A stretch of 64,000 bases of DNA, taken from the NCBI RefSeq assembly GCF_006345805.1, contig NC_043012.1:44640001-44704000 (forward strand). Reading direction: 5' to 3'. Positions within the stretch are counted from its first letter, which is position 1. Each line of letters begins with the position of its first letter. Under the pieces are notes generated by a model. The model searched no databases and was not told the DNA's origin. It saw only the letters and a list, made by a program, of their open reading frames with translations. Made by a program: the position numbers and the translations under genes. Source of the stretch: Octopus sinensis (Eukaryota). Shown here in pieces: positions 11,814-24,725 of this stretch.

Positions 11814-12686
11814 GGGACAGGCGTGGCTGTGTGGTAAGAACCTTGCTTCCGAACCACATGGTTCCGCGTTCAACCAAGATAAAGCTGACTCTATGGAAAT
11901 TTAAATAAGTTTATATGCCATGTGGAGAAACATATATATATATTCTTTTATTCTTTTAATTGTTTCAGTCATTTGACTGCGGCCATGCTGGAGCACCGCC
12001 TTGAAGGGTTTTAGTCGAACAAATCAACCCTAGGACTTATTTTTTTTAAAACCTAGTGCTTATCCTCTCGTTCTCTTCTGCCGAACCGCTAAGTTATGGC
12101 GGACGTAAACACACCAACACCGGTTGTCAAGTGGTGGGGGAGGACAAATACAGAAACAAAGACACACACACGCACGCACATATACAGCGGGCTTCTTTCA
12201 AATTTCGTCTACCAAATCCACTGACAAGACTTCGGTTCCCCGTGGCTAGAGTAGAAGACACTTGTCCAAGATACTATGCAGTGGGGTTGAACGCGGAACC
12301 ATGTGGTTCGGAAGCAAGCTTCTTACCACACAGCCACGCCTGTCCCTATATGTATGTATGTAAGTATGTATGTATGCATGTATGTTTGTATGTATGTATG
12401 TATGTATGTATGTATGTATGTATAAGCTAAGCGCGTGTGCATACATACACACACACACACACACACACACTTCATCTCACCGCACACCTCACACACACAC
12501 CACACATCACCGCGCGCGCACACACATTTTCTCTCCCCACTTTTTTTTTATTTCTATAACAAGCATACTTCACTGATCCCCCTCTTTCTTACTTTGGAAC
12601 TTTACGAATTTACACGCTTTTCAATTCCTTCAGTGAACTGTTCTAGTTTCGATATTTTCTTATTAGTAATTCTAATTTATAAAACA
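11404..12686. repeat. Local inverted duplication (arms 11404-11875 and 12285-12686)
   Basis: Arms are reverse complements apart from about 2 substitutions and microsatellite length differences. Confidence 0.92.
11943..12345 (-). mobile_element. SINE family A, near full length
   Basis: Reverse complement of head, body and tail modules. Confidence 0.85.
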
Positions 12687-13729
12687 TTAAAAATATTTTA
12701 ATTGCTTTTTGAAAATTAAATATCTCCCTTCCCGCCATATCCAGCAATACAATTAGTTGTCTTTTAAGTTTAAATATTCTACTTCATTTACATTTCGGAT
12801 AAAAGACTTGCATCGCCACCCGATTTAAGACCACCACCACCCGGTTCTTGGCTGCCTTTAGCCGAGTCCACTCTGTTGCAAACTTTCGAACCTGTTCTGT
12901 TTGAAAATATCTTCCTCTCTTCCTCTTAGTAGGGGCATTATTCTTTCTCTGACTAAAAAAAAAAAAAGTGGAAAAATCACCCATAATATACAGATATAAT
13001 ATCTGTAAGAAATCGTTTCTTGGATTCATAACTAATAATCGAAACCTTAGCCTAGATTTTTCTGCGAGATCCTTTCCTTTGTTTTCGGCGTTAGTATTCA
13101 GAAATTTACGAGGTTATTTTGGTTTCTTTGCTTGAGTTAGTATTCTTCGGTCATTTGGAGGTTACCATAGATGGAATATATACCTCTCCTTGTTTTCCGA
13201 CATGCATTCAACTTTTCCCATAGGTTGAAAGAAGAACCCTCAGAGAAGATCAACGGTCTGCATTTTTCTCTTTTATACGCTGTACACCTTTCACTTTCCC
13301 GTAAGCAACTTTTCCAAACAACCACGCATCTAAGGGCACGTGAGTTTCATTTTTATTGTCCTACTAAACTGCTGGCTTCTACTATAGCTTTGTACTGATC
13401 CTACGCGCAGTACTAAAAGCAGTATGCAATATTTTTCTTTTTCATGTCGATTATTATACTATCTCACAGAGTTGGAACCATTTAACTGTTACATATCTGT
13501 TACAAAAAGGAAGAAACACTTGAAAGTAGAGTTAGTTTAGGTCTGTGTACATCCACTGGTTTTTATTATTTGTATTCCGAATCTATGATATCGTATGCTT
13601 GTTTGTATTTCCATTTATGACTAAAAAGGCGATGCTTTATTTTTATGGAAATGGGATTATAAATGTTGTTATCGTAGACCCTGATCGAAGAAACCTATTA
13701 GGAATATTTAGGATAGGGTAAGTAGGGCA

Positions 13730-13875
13730 ACTCGGGCAGTCGCCTGGGGTGCCATGTGTTAGGTGGCGCCAAGGAGGGCGTGACAAAGACAAGGGAATTT
13801 CCACGACCGTCAGCTTGTACACGCCGAAGTTCAGCTTGCCCAGGGCGCCAGCAACCCTAGGGCCGGCCCTGAGCA
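13730..13875. repeat. GC-rich putative non-autonomous DNA transposon remnant
   Basis: GC island ending GCCCAGGGCGCCAGCAACCCTAGGGCCGGCCCTG; similar GC motif near 57105-57170; no clear TIR pair. Confidence 0.3.
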
Positions 13876-14416
13876 TAAGGAGAGTGGGCTATGATTTGAA
13901 AAAGATATGAACACAATTTTTGGCAGGCAAGCAACTACGTAGAGGCTCCCCAGCTTTCTCGTAGATGTTAGGTCATTTAGTGCGAAAGTAACAGCTAATT
14001 TGTTAATTGAATTAATTTTAGGGTATACCTGATTGTCTAAAAAGAGCTTGTAAAGACAGTTGGCCAATTGACATGATTTCTCTTTGCTTTTACTTGTAAG
14101 TGATTACTGTAATGTTTTTTATTGGTAAAAGTTTGTGGATTTCTCACGGCTATGGCTATCCTCAGATTGTTTTATTGAAACAAATCACTTGAAACTGGTT
14201 TCATTATTTCCCAGTTGGAAGAGATATTGAAATTTTCTTTGTGGCGTTTTAGTTTAATTGAATATATTTTTTAACCAAACAATGACGGCTGCGTTTAGAG
14301 AGAGACAAACATTTGCCTTCGCTGTTGCCTTTGGATGGCCATATTAATTGCTATTTGCTTATCTTCTAACAAGATTTCAGGATGATTTTCTGTTTAAGAA
14401 CGAACGGTTTCATTGC

Positions 14417-14935
14417 TTACTACCTACCTAATTACCTACCTACCTACCACCTACCTACCTACCTACCTACCTACCTACCTACCTACCTACCTACCTACCT
14501 ACCTACCTACCTACTTACCTACCTACCTACCTACCTACCTATCTACTTACCTACCTACCTACCTACCTATCTACTTACCTACCTACCTACCTACCTACCT
14601 ACCTACCTACCTACCTACCTACCTACCTACCTATCTACTTACCTACCTACCTACCTACCTATCTACTTACCTACCTACCTACCTACCTACCTACCTACCT
14701 ACCTACCTACCTACCTACCTACTTACCTACCTACCTACCTACCTACCTATCTACTTACCTACCTACCTACCTACCTATCTACTTACCTACCTACCTACCT
14801 ACCTACCTACCTACCTACCTACCTACCTACCTACCTACCTACCTACCTACCTATCTACTTACCTACCTACCTACCTACCTATCTACTTACCTACCTACCT
14901 ACCTACCTACATACCTACCTACTTACCTACCTACC
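14417..14935. repeat. (CCTA)n tetranucleotide array, ~520 bp, with recurring variant blocks
   Basis: Direct reading; CCTATCTACTTA variant recurs many times. Confidence 0.95.
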
Positions 14936-15089
14936 TTCTTACATCAAATATTTATATCTGTCTGACTGTTTGTCTGTCAGTCTGTCTGTCTGCTTGCCCG
15001 CCTGTCTGTCTGTCTAGCTATCTCTCTAGTCAGCATGTTGCGCAGAGATCAGCTTTCATAACTTGAGTATAAGCTTCGTGTATAATAAT

Positions 15090-15310
15090 GGCTTCAAATT
15101 ATAGCACAAGGCTAAGCAGTTTCGGAGAGGAGGAGGGGGGTAAATCGATTACATCGACACCAATGCTCAGCTGGTGCTTCTTCTATTGATTCCGAAAGAA
15201 TGGTAGGCAAAGTCAACCTCGGCGGAATTTAAACTCAGCACGTAAAGATGGTCGAAATGCCGCTGGACATTTTGTTCAGCGTGCTAAAGCTTCTGCTGGC
15301 TCGCCACTGG
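15090..15310 (-). mobile_element. SINE family B
   Basis: GGCAAAGTCAACCTCGGCGGAATTTAAACTCAG. Confidence 0.8.
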
Positions 15311-15383
15311 AATAATAGCATTATCAGGAGGGTTCTAAGCACTTGAAAGACTGAATAAGACTGAACCTGAGCAAAATAATAAC

Positions 15384-15421
<38 letters not shown>

Positions 15422-15429
15422 CAATGATA

Positions 15430-15640
15430 ATCCTTTCTACTATAGGCACAAGGCCTGGAATTTGTGGGGAAGGAACTAGTCAATTACATTGATTCCAATA
15501 CTTGACTGCTACTTAACACTTCAATCCCGAAAGGATGAAAGGCAAAGTCGACCATGGCGGAATTTGAACTCAGTACGTAGCGGCAGACGAAATACTGCTA
15601 AGCATTTCGCCCGGCGTGCTAACGATTCTGCCAGCTCGCT
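15430..15640 (-). mobile_element. SINE family B
   Basis: GGCAAAGTCGACCATGGCGGAATTTGAACTCAG...GATTCTGCCAGCTCGC. Confidence 0.85.
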
Positions 15641-15643
15641 GTC

Positions 15644-15645
<2 letters not shown>

Positions 15646-15689
<44 letters not shown>

Positions 15690-15691
15690 TA

Positions 15692-15726
<35 letters not shown>

Positions 15727-15727
15727 T
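15646..15727. repeat. (AAT)n microsatellite
   Basis: Direct reading. Confidence 0.95.
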
Positions 15728-15950
15728 CCAGATCCCCTTCCAAAAGTTTTCAACTTCTTCTATTAGGGGTGGATTTTCAATGGTTATTTTTTGTTTCCCT
15801 ATTTCCCTGTAAAATGATTTGGCATTGAACATCTTATTTTGTTTGTAGAATTTGATTCTTTTCTCAAATTTGCCTATTTCCTGAGCTTTTGCTTGAACTT
15901 TTTGTTTAAGTGTTTCTTTCGCTGACATTAGTTCTTCTCTTGTTGATAAA
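15726..15950 (-). mobile_element. R4/Dong-like LINE fragment from the region preceding RT
   Basis: LKQKVQAKAQEIGKFEKRIKFYKQNKMFNAKSFYREIGKQKITIENPPLIEEVENFWKGIW resembles the pre-RT segment of Dong/R4 ORFs (recalled similarity). Confidence 0.65.
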
Positions 15951-15954
15951 AAAA

Positions 15955-16235
15955 GGTACTAAAACCTATTTGAAAATGATTCCAGGCTTACCATCCCTTC
16001 AGGAAGTGCAAAAAATCGTATTAACTGGAACGGCTCATGTACTGAGAAGAGCATTATCGCTGTGAAAACAACATCCATCCATGAATTTATTTATTTATTG
16101 ATTTTTAAATACATTATTTTATCTGTGAATTTGCGCATGTAATCTGGAAATGCATACAATGAGCTTCTCTGCCCTAGGTGTACGGAAAACACTCGGCGAG
16201 AAACGGAAGAAAATTTGAAGAAAGAAGGAAAAAAC
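15955..16235 (+). mobile_element. R4/Dong-like LINE extreme C-terminus and 3' UTR
   Basis: YLKMIPGLPSLQEVQKIVLTGTAHVLRRALSL* (stop 16063-16065), the typical R4-clade ending; followed by (AAT)n. Confidence 0.75.
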
Positions 16236-16284
<49 letters not shown>

Positions 16285-16325
16285 TAATAACAATAATAAT
16301 AATAATGATGATAATAACAATAATA

Positions 16326-16419
<94 letters not shown>
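16235..16419. repeat. (AAT)n/(AAC)n microsatellite
   Basis: Direct reading. Confidence 0.95.
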
Positions 16420-17210
16420 TTTATTTATGTGCCACAAGGGCGAAGAATGACGGGGACAATAGAAAGGCAGACATAAAGTGTGGGGGTTTAATACATTGAA
16501 ATGTTAGAAAAGAAAGAAAGAAATTAAGTATACACTGATAAAAGGAGGGACATATGCATAACATACAAATGTTAAAAACAAAAATGGCGGGGCGGTTGGT
16601 AGAGATGCAGCCCTCCTGATACAGGAAGGCCTCTAGAGATAACCGAGGAATCCCACTGTCCGAGTCTTTCCTAAAACCCCAAGAGCATGTACCCTCTCCA
16701 ATTCCTTCTCTCCGACTCACAAGTCTACACTTAGAGAGGTACCATCCACTCTTGCCATTTTCGAAACTTTCACCGATCTTTCGATAAATTTACTCGAGGA
16801 CAGCACTTCTCTCTCTACTCTCAATTTCCTTTTCAAGAGAAACTTGAAGAAGTCACTCAGGGCTCCACCAAAGATGAATGTATCTGTCCTTGTCCACCAA
16901 ACAACCTCTTTAGTCACAGCTACCAGGCAAAGGAAAACTGCCTTGCCTGACCGATTAACGGAGGTCGGCGGTGCGATCATCATTACAGACTCGACAGACA
17001 GACAGATCCGTTCCACACGTGACAGCAGGTGTTCGATATAACCCCAAAAGTCAGCAATGCCCGGACACTGAACGAGGACGTGCAGAACGGTTTCATCAAT
17101 CTGCACGCACATCGGACAAGCCCGTCTGACAGCACATCCGTGCCCGTAGAGTTTATCTCGAACCGGTAGCAACCCCCGCCACCCGGTAGAACTTCCATAC
17201 CAAGGACATC
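16420..17210 (-). mobile_element. Tx1/L1-clade LINE 3' fragment, second subfamily
   Basis: ORF 16717-17223 (LPVRDKLYGHG...CPMCVQIDETVLHVLVQCP) is paralogous to the 3283-3945 frame; tail GCCCTTGTGGCACATAAATAAA. Confidence 0.88.
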
Positions 17211-17219
17211 TGGAAATTA

Positions 17220-17365
17220 TCAATGATAGTTCCTGACCAGAAAGATCTCCGGAAAGGCCAGCAGGTATGGGGGAGGGGTTAAGTCAATTACATCGACCTC
17301 AGTGTCCAACTGGTACATATTTTATTGAACCTGAAAGGATGATAGGTAAAGTCAACCTCAGCTTC
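17220..17365 (-). mobile_element. SINE family B fragment
   Basis: GTCAATTACATCGACCTCAGTG...GAAAGGATGATAGGTAAAGTCAACCTC. Confidence 0.65.
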
Positions 17366-17589
17366 AGTGAATTTTTTAAGCGATCGAAACAGGTGGCAAT
17401 CTGAAGGTAGAAGGTCAGACGAATATGGAGGGTGCGACAGAACTTCCCAGTTAGAATCTTCTGCCATATCTGCAAGGTCTGCAAAATCCCACTATCTTCT
17501 GCTGTGTCTGCAAAGAAGTGTGCAGTGTAGCATTGTCGGGATGAAAGACAATGGCCTTATAATTAACAAGTGATGGACGCTTCTAGTGG

Positions 17590-19260
17590 ATTGTTGCGTT
17601 TAATTAGTCTAGCTGGTTACAGTACACATCCAAATTGTGGGAAGAAGCTTGTAAAAGACAAGACCCTTCTGTTCCCACCAAATTGTAGCATAACTTTGTT
17701 CGGGTGAAGACCTGCTTTGAAGGTTGTTTGTGGTGGTTCGCCGCACTTCCACCATGATTATTTGCGTTTCACATTTAGACGATCCATTTTTTGTTCCCTA
17801 TCAACATTCTCTTCAAAAAAGGATAACTTTCTTCACGTTTTTGCAATGGATCAGATATAGAAATTCGAGGGCGAGATTAAAACCTCTTTCAATAGATGTG
17901 GAACCCAAACATCGAACCTGCTGACGTAACCAAATTAATGCAGATGATTTTCAACTCTCGATTTAGATATTTCGGAAATATCTGCAATCATTCTGGTCGT
18001 ATAACGGAGACTGATGTCGCTTTTGCACCCCGTTCTTGAAAATCTTGAAAACCACTTTCTGCACATAGATTCCGTAACAACGATCTCTCCATACACTGTG
18101 CATATCTTCCAAAAGGTTTACGCCACTTATTGTCTTTTTTAAGCTACAGAGTGTTTCCAAAAAAAATGATATCATTTGAGATATAAATATCACAGAAACT
18201 ACATAGTCAAAGCAAATGAAAGTAAACAGGTTTAATGTTGAGCAACATAAGATTTATTTCTCCAAATTTGAAAGAGAAATTGAAAGGTATGTGGATTCCA
18301 TGAACGATGTCCTCCCAAACACGCTGCGGCATATCTTGAGTAATAGTCTCCAGCGCGGTAGTGATTCTCTGCTCGAGTTCCTCTAGGTTTGTAGGAAGAA
18401 GGAAGACATAGACCAGACCCTTCATATAGCCCCAGAGAAAAAAATCGCAAGGTGTCAGGTCAGGTGAACACGGCAGCCATTTTAACATCACATTGTCTTC
18501 ATCACCAGCACGCCCGATCCATCTCCCTAGCCGATTGTCATTGAGATAAACCCGCACAGAGAGCTTCCAGTGAGATGGAGCCTCCATCCTGTTGAAAAAT
18601 GAAGTCTTCATTTTCATTTGCAATGAGCTCATCCGTTTGCCAGTTCTGAAGTATTTGCAGATAAACATCGCCGGTCACATTTCCCTCAAAGAAAAACGGG
18701 CCATGAAGATGCTTCTTGGAGATGGCGCAGACCACATTCACTTTTGGCAAGTCCCTCTCATGCTCAACTGTGGCATGGGGGATTTTCTTCGACCCAAATG
18801 CGAACATTATGCATATTGACTTTGCCATTCGTATGAAATGTGGCATCATCACTGAAAACAAGACGTTCCTTGAACTCGGCTTCTTCAGGTTTATCTTGCG
18901 TATCAACACAGAATTGTTTGCGCTTTTGCTTGTCATCGGCCGTTATGGACTTAACGAGTTGTATCTTGTAGGGCTTCATTAGGAAGCGTTTCCTCAGGAC
19001 GTGCCAAACTGTCGTTGGAGGAATCTGGGTTTCCAGACTTGTTCTTCTTATGGCCGTCTTGGGGCTTCGCAAGAGTTTTTGGCGAACCCACTCGACCGTC
19101 TCATGCTGTTAAAATTTGAAGTCATTCGAACAAGAACTGGCAAAGCTATTAGATTGCGAATTGATATCCAATTTTTTGAAACATCCTGTATAATGTTCGT
19201 TTTGGTTCTCCGTTTTCAAGGTGATCTCAAGGGCACAAAATATAACCTGTCTCGTCGCAA
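17590..19260 (-). mobile_element. Decayed mariner transposase (Mos1-like), interrupted by a rosa-like element
   Basis: Manual translation: ENQNEHY (near 19200-19220), then ICTVYGE...MCRKWFSRF...FDVWVPHLL...KAGLHPNKVML..WWEQKGLVFYKLLP (18140 to 17590). Confidence 0.75.
18147..19188 (-). mobile_element. rosa/DD41D-related Tc1-mariner element, decayed transposase
   Basis: TIRs CAGAGTGTTTCCAAAAAAAATGATATC and CAGGATGTTTCAAAAAATTGGATATC, TA at 18145-18146 and 19189-19190; motifs VFSDDATFH, FQQDG, GRWIGR, SPDLTPCDFFLWGY in frameshifted ORFs. Confidence 0.92.
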
Positions 19261-19366
19261 GCTTGCGTCGAACTACATTGTAGTGTCAAGTATCCAACGA
19301 ATGCGCATGTGCTAGGCCCAGACTGCAGTTAGTTACTTATTACAATGCTTGTAGTGCTGACAGCCC

Positions 19367-19546
19367 AGGCGTGGCGGTGTGGTAGGCTCCGGCGTAGTTG
19401 TGTGGTAAGAAGCTTGCTTCCCAACCATATGGTCCCAAGTTGAGTACTACCGCGTGGCAACTTGGGCAAGTGTCTTCTACTATAGTCCCAGGCCAACCAA
19501 AGACTTGAGTGTGGATTTGGTAGATGGAAACTGAAAGAAACCCGTC

Positions 19547-19605
<59 letters not shown>

Positions 19606-19888
19606 GTGTGTGTGTGTGTGTCTGTGTGTGTGTGTGTGTGTATGTGTGTGTATGTGTGTGCGTGCGCATGTGTGTGTGAGAGTGTGTGTCTTTGTGTCCG
19701 TGCTTGTCCTCCATCACCCCCTTGGCAACCGGTGTTGGTGTATTTACGTCCCTGTAACTTGCGGTTCGGCAGAAGAGAACGTTACAATAAGTACTAGTCG
19801 ATTTGTTCGACTAAAACCTTTTAAGGCGGTGCTTCAACAAGGCCGCAGTCAACTCGAATGACTGAAACAAGTAAAAGAATAAAAGAAT
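19367..19888 (+). mobile_element. SINE family A, full length
   Basis: Head, (TA)n(TG)n middle, tail TAAGGCGGTGCTTCAACAAGGCCGCAGTC. Confidence 0.85.
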
Positions 19889-19925
19889 GCATATACATAT
19901 GTACACACACATATAACATATATTG

Positions 19926-19957
<32 letters not shown>

Positions 19958-20017
19958 TATACACATGCACACACATATACGCACGGACACACACTCACAC
20001 ACACACATACATATATC

Positions 20018-20115
20018 TATCTTTTAACTTTTATCTTTCACTCGTTTCAGTCATTAGACTGCGGCCATGCTGGGGTTCCGCCTTCAATTCTCTTTTTAGC
20101 CGAATGAAACGACTC
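20018..20115 (-). mobile_element. SINE family A tail-only fragment
   Basis: GTTTCAGTCATTAGACTGCGGCCATGCTGGGG. Confidence 0.7.
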
Positions 20116-20354
20116 TTCGCTTCCACCTGATATAAAGAAAACACAAAGTCTGGCAGTCGCACAAGGTAAGAGTGCACCTTTATGCTTTCTGAGGAAGTGC
20201 CACCGTAAATATTACATAAACTTTCACCTTGAACTTTTGGGTTAATCGGTTTTGAAAGCAGATTAGGCACAGAAACAATTGTAACCGATTATTAAAGATG
20301 TGTTAAAGGTCTCCCTTTGTCTTCTTACTTGGATTATATATATAATATACATAT

Positions 20355-20580
20355 ATATTTCTTTATTGCTCACAATGGGCTAAACATAGAGGGGACAAAC
20401 AAGGACAGACAAACGGATTAAGTCGATTGCATCGACCCCAGTGCGTAACTGGTAATTAATTTATCGACCCCGAAAGGATGAAAGGCAAAGTCGACTTCGG
20501 CGGAATTTGAACTCAGAACGTAACGGCAGACGAAATACGGCTACGCATTTCGCCCGGCCTGCTAACGTTTCTGCCAGCTC
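20355..20580 (-). mobile_element. SINE family B carrying a Tx1-like tail
   Basis: Family-B body plus tail TTGTCCCCTCTATGTTTAGCCCATTGTGAGCAATAAAGAAA. Confidence 0.9.
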
Positions 20581-20639
20581 ACACATATATATATATAATA
20601 TACGTGCATACATACATACGTACATATAAGGGGCTTGTT

Positions 20640-20836
20640 ACTTTGTTTCCATGGCGTATAACCGACCTAGAACGGGGTGCCACTTCATCGCAGGGTTGCT
20701 AATTTACAGTTGATTGAAGTGGAGCTATGTGGAATGGAGCATTGTACACAAAGACACAACGCATCACGCGTTTCGCGACTCGAAAAAGCGACATTGCGAT
20801 CGTGAATGCAATACCCTAACCACTGAGTCACGTGCC
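20640..20836 (-). mobile_element. tRNA-headed SINE, degraded (distinct family)
   Basis: Minus strand GGCACGTGACTCAGTGGTTAGGG head; CCCTGCGATGAAGTGGCACCCCG body. Confidence 0.55.
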
Positions 20837-20979
20837 TTTACCCACACACATACGCGCACAGACACGTGTATAGGTGTATGTATCTATGTATGTATATATG
20901 TATGTATGTAAATTCATATACCCATTTACATAAGCACACACATACACATTTACATCACACGTGTATATGTGTGTGTGTG

Positions 20980-21363
<384 letters not shown>

Positions 21364-21433
21364 GTATGTATGTGTGTGTATGTATGTATGTATCTATCTA
21401 TATACATACGCATATACATTTATACATACATAC

Positions 21434-21506
<73 letters not shown>

Positions 21507-22024
21507 ATATATACATACACATTTGTATGTACACAGGCATATACGCCCGCGCATTCACACACATATGTGCATAGTTACACACACACACACACAGAAGCAC
21601 GCGCGTACACACAAATACTGTATAAATACACCTAGAATTACATAAAGAGACACTAAACAGAAACGTACGGTTGACCTTTAAAAAATATTTGATCTAAATA
21701 AAATTAGATGAGAGAAAAGTAAAAGAATGAGCAAAAGACAAACAAAAAAAAGAAGCCTATTAATGTATAAAAGTGAGATTGTAATTAAATTTAAAATTAC
21801 ACTAGTAAAGCGCTCCTATCAGTAGATGGCATCTTCTCAGCAAATCCGAGGAGATAAATATTTAAAGTAGCTCGGCATAAAAATCTATAAATGTATCCGG
21901 CGAATTTTACTTTCATACATGAAGGAATAAAGATTATTTGTGTATTTATGCCGACACACGCATTCACGCACATAAGGATACACTCACAGATACATGCACA
22001 CACCTAAACACGTACATGAAAATT

Positions 22025-22071
<47 letters not shown>

Positions 22072-22085
22072 ATACACACAAATTT

Positions 22086-22828
22086 ATGTATGTATGTATG
22101 TATGTATGTATGTATGTATGTATGTGTATGTATGTGTGTATGTATGTATGTGTGTGTATGTATGTGTGTGTGTATGTATGTATGTGTGTATGTATGTATG
22201 TGTGTGTGTATGTATGTATGTATGTATGTATGTATGTATGTGTGTATGTATGTATGTGTGTGTGTATGTATGTATGTATGTATGTATGTATGTATGTATG
22301 TATGTGTGTATGTATGTATGTGTGTATGTGCGTATGTATGTATGTGTGTGTATGTATGTGTGTGTGTATGTATGTATGTGTGTGTGTATGTATGTATGTG
22401 TGTATGTATGTATGTATGTGTGTGTGTATGTATGTATGTATGTATGTATGTATGTATGTGTGTATGTATGTATGTGTGTGTATGTATGTGTGTGTGTATG
22501 TATGTATGTATGTATGTATGTGTGTATGTATGTATGTGTGTATGTGCGTATGTATGTTTGTACGTATGTATGTATGTATGTATGTATGTATGTTATGTAT
22601 GTATGTGTGTGTATGTATGTGTGTGTGTATGTATGTATGTGTGTGTGTATGTATGTATGTATGTATGTGTGTGTGTATGTATGTATGTGTGTATGTGTGT
22701 GTATGTATGTATGTATGTATGTGTGTGTGTATGTATGTATGTGTGTGTGTATGTATGTATGTATGTATGTGTGTGTGTATGTATGCGTGTGTGTATGTAT
22801 GCATGTGTGTGCGTGTATGTATGTATGT
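22086..22828. repeat. Compound (TATG)n/(TG)n array, ~740 bp
   Basis: Direct reading; explains the long YVCM/HTYI ORFs. Confidence 0.95.
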
Positions 22829-22925
22829 CATTGTTCAGTTTTATTTCAAGATTTCTTGCCAATAGAGAAAGAGCCAGCTTCTAACATAGATCCAAGGCTT
22901 CTTCATTGGAATTTCAACATGTATG
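22829..22925 (-). mobile_element. 3' UTR piece of the R4-like RLE element
   Basis: Reverse complement GTTGAAATTCCAATGAAGAAGCCTTGGATCTA...ATTGGCAAGAAATCTTGAAATAAAACTGAACAATGA matches 8875-8975. Confidence 0.8.
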
Positions 22926-22949
22926 TATGTATTTATGTATATATACATA

Positions 22950-23003
<54 letters not shown>

Positions 23004-23108
23004 TGCCAACGCGTACACCTTATCTGAAAGATAACGTATTCAAGTTATATTAAATACAGTTACATTCTATTTTATGTATAGTGATTAATAAATGAATCTA
23101 TTTCTCTG

Positions 23109-23204
<96 letters not shown>

Positions 23205-23409
23205 GTCTGTCTGTCTGTCTGTCTGTCTGCCTGCCTGCCTGCCTGTCTGCCTGTCTGTCTATGTATGCATTTACAAGTTTTAAGAGGTCTTAGAAGACAT
23301 ATTCAATAAAACGTCTCTAAACTAGCAAAGAAAAAAAGAAACCAAACGTATTTTAATAAAAATGTTGTACGCTTCCTCTTCATAAGCTTCTTTTCTTTTT
23401 AGTTTTTAT

Positions 23410-24330
23410 ACGATTAGTTTAGGAATCGGCTTTCAGTTTCGATGATTGCTTTAATGCAGGATCGAAATCTTTGACATGCCTTCACTAAGTGGTCATTATT
23501 CATTTCGGACATCACAGTGACTGCCTTCGTATAGTGACGCTATCGTATTGTGAGGATGTCCATTAATTCCTCTTTCAACAACTCTCTAAGCGTAATAACC
23601 TATGGAACTTAAATGTAGCGAGTTTAGAGGCCACAAGTTCGGTGTTATATGATCGTGAAGATTGTTAGACATCCATTCTTGGGTTATGCAGTATAGCTTT
23701 CAACTGCGTACTTCATCTATCCAGGATTTAACAACTGCCCCTAGACCTCAACATATATAATGACATTAATTCCGAAACTCTGTGGAAAGATGTGAGGTTG
23801 CATGACACGAACTTTGCTACCCGCACTCCCAAAAACCATCACAGTTGCTAGAATCACTCTTAAGACATCAAAAAGATCAGCAGATAACTGCCTGTCATTT
23901 CTTCTGTCAGACTTTTGGTCTCGGTCGAAGCTTTCCTCATCAAAGAACTAACGCTTACCATGTTCATTATCTTGTTAAGTAACCGCTGGGCACAGACCAA
24001 ATTGTTCTCCTGTGTCTTTGTAGACATGAATTGGATCCTTCATAGCACATACGACATGCATCAAAGTCCTGATTGCCTGCTTCGACACTTGAAGTTGTTG
24101 GCGATGGCCCCTCATTGATTTTCTGAGATCGTCACTGATAATGTTTTGAATCCGCTGGAATAATTACGGTATCTTTATTGTGTTCGAACGCTTAGAGTGT
24201 TTTTTCCCCTCTTTTAGAACATTTGAAACATTCTCGCAAGAAGCGTTAAATTCCATCAGAACTTTGTGTACAAAAGATCGTGCAACAGTTAAAATGTAGA
24301 CAATTTCTAAATAGCTGTTTCTCGCATGTA
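23410..24330 (-). mobile_element. Decayed DD37D (maT-like) transposase
   Basis: Manual translation: QEWMSNNLHDHITPNLWPLNS...GHPHNTIASL...DHLVKACQRFRSCIKAIIE, paralogous to the 30100-30400 frame. Confidence 0.65.
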
Positions 24331-24725
24331 TGGCAACGATGACTGCATGTCTTTTCTGTTATTGTTTTAGCATTTTATCTGTCATATAGGATCAGGAAAA
24401 AAACAACAACAAAAGAACAACAAAATCTTTTAGAGAGTAAATTACAGATAATTAATTGTCCTCAAATGCGCCTTACACCCTGTGTATACGCACACACACA
24501 CACATAGATAGACATACACACGCACACGCACGCACGCGCACACACAGCGACAGACACACCCGCACCCACACACGTACATGTATGCCATCTTGGTAGGGAG
24601 AGGTAGAAGGAACAAGGAAACGAAAACAAAATGTATATGTGTGTCTGTGGGAGGGCGAGAGAGAGAGATAGATAGAGACGGGTATGTTCGATTTTTAGTG
24701 CTCTCAAATTTAAACCTAACGAAAT

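Noticed and set aside
14417-14935. CRISPR array or telomeric repeat
   Set aside because: No repeat-spacer structure; the unit is CCTA, not TTAGGG or TTAGG
21938-23053. Long ORFs of 200-370 aa (also 14382-15066 and many YIYI/HTHT/YVCM frames)
   Set aside because: Pure microsatellite read-through with no protein-like composition
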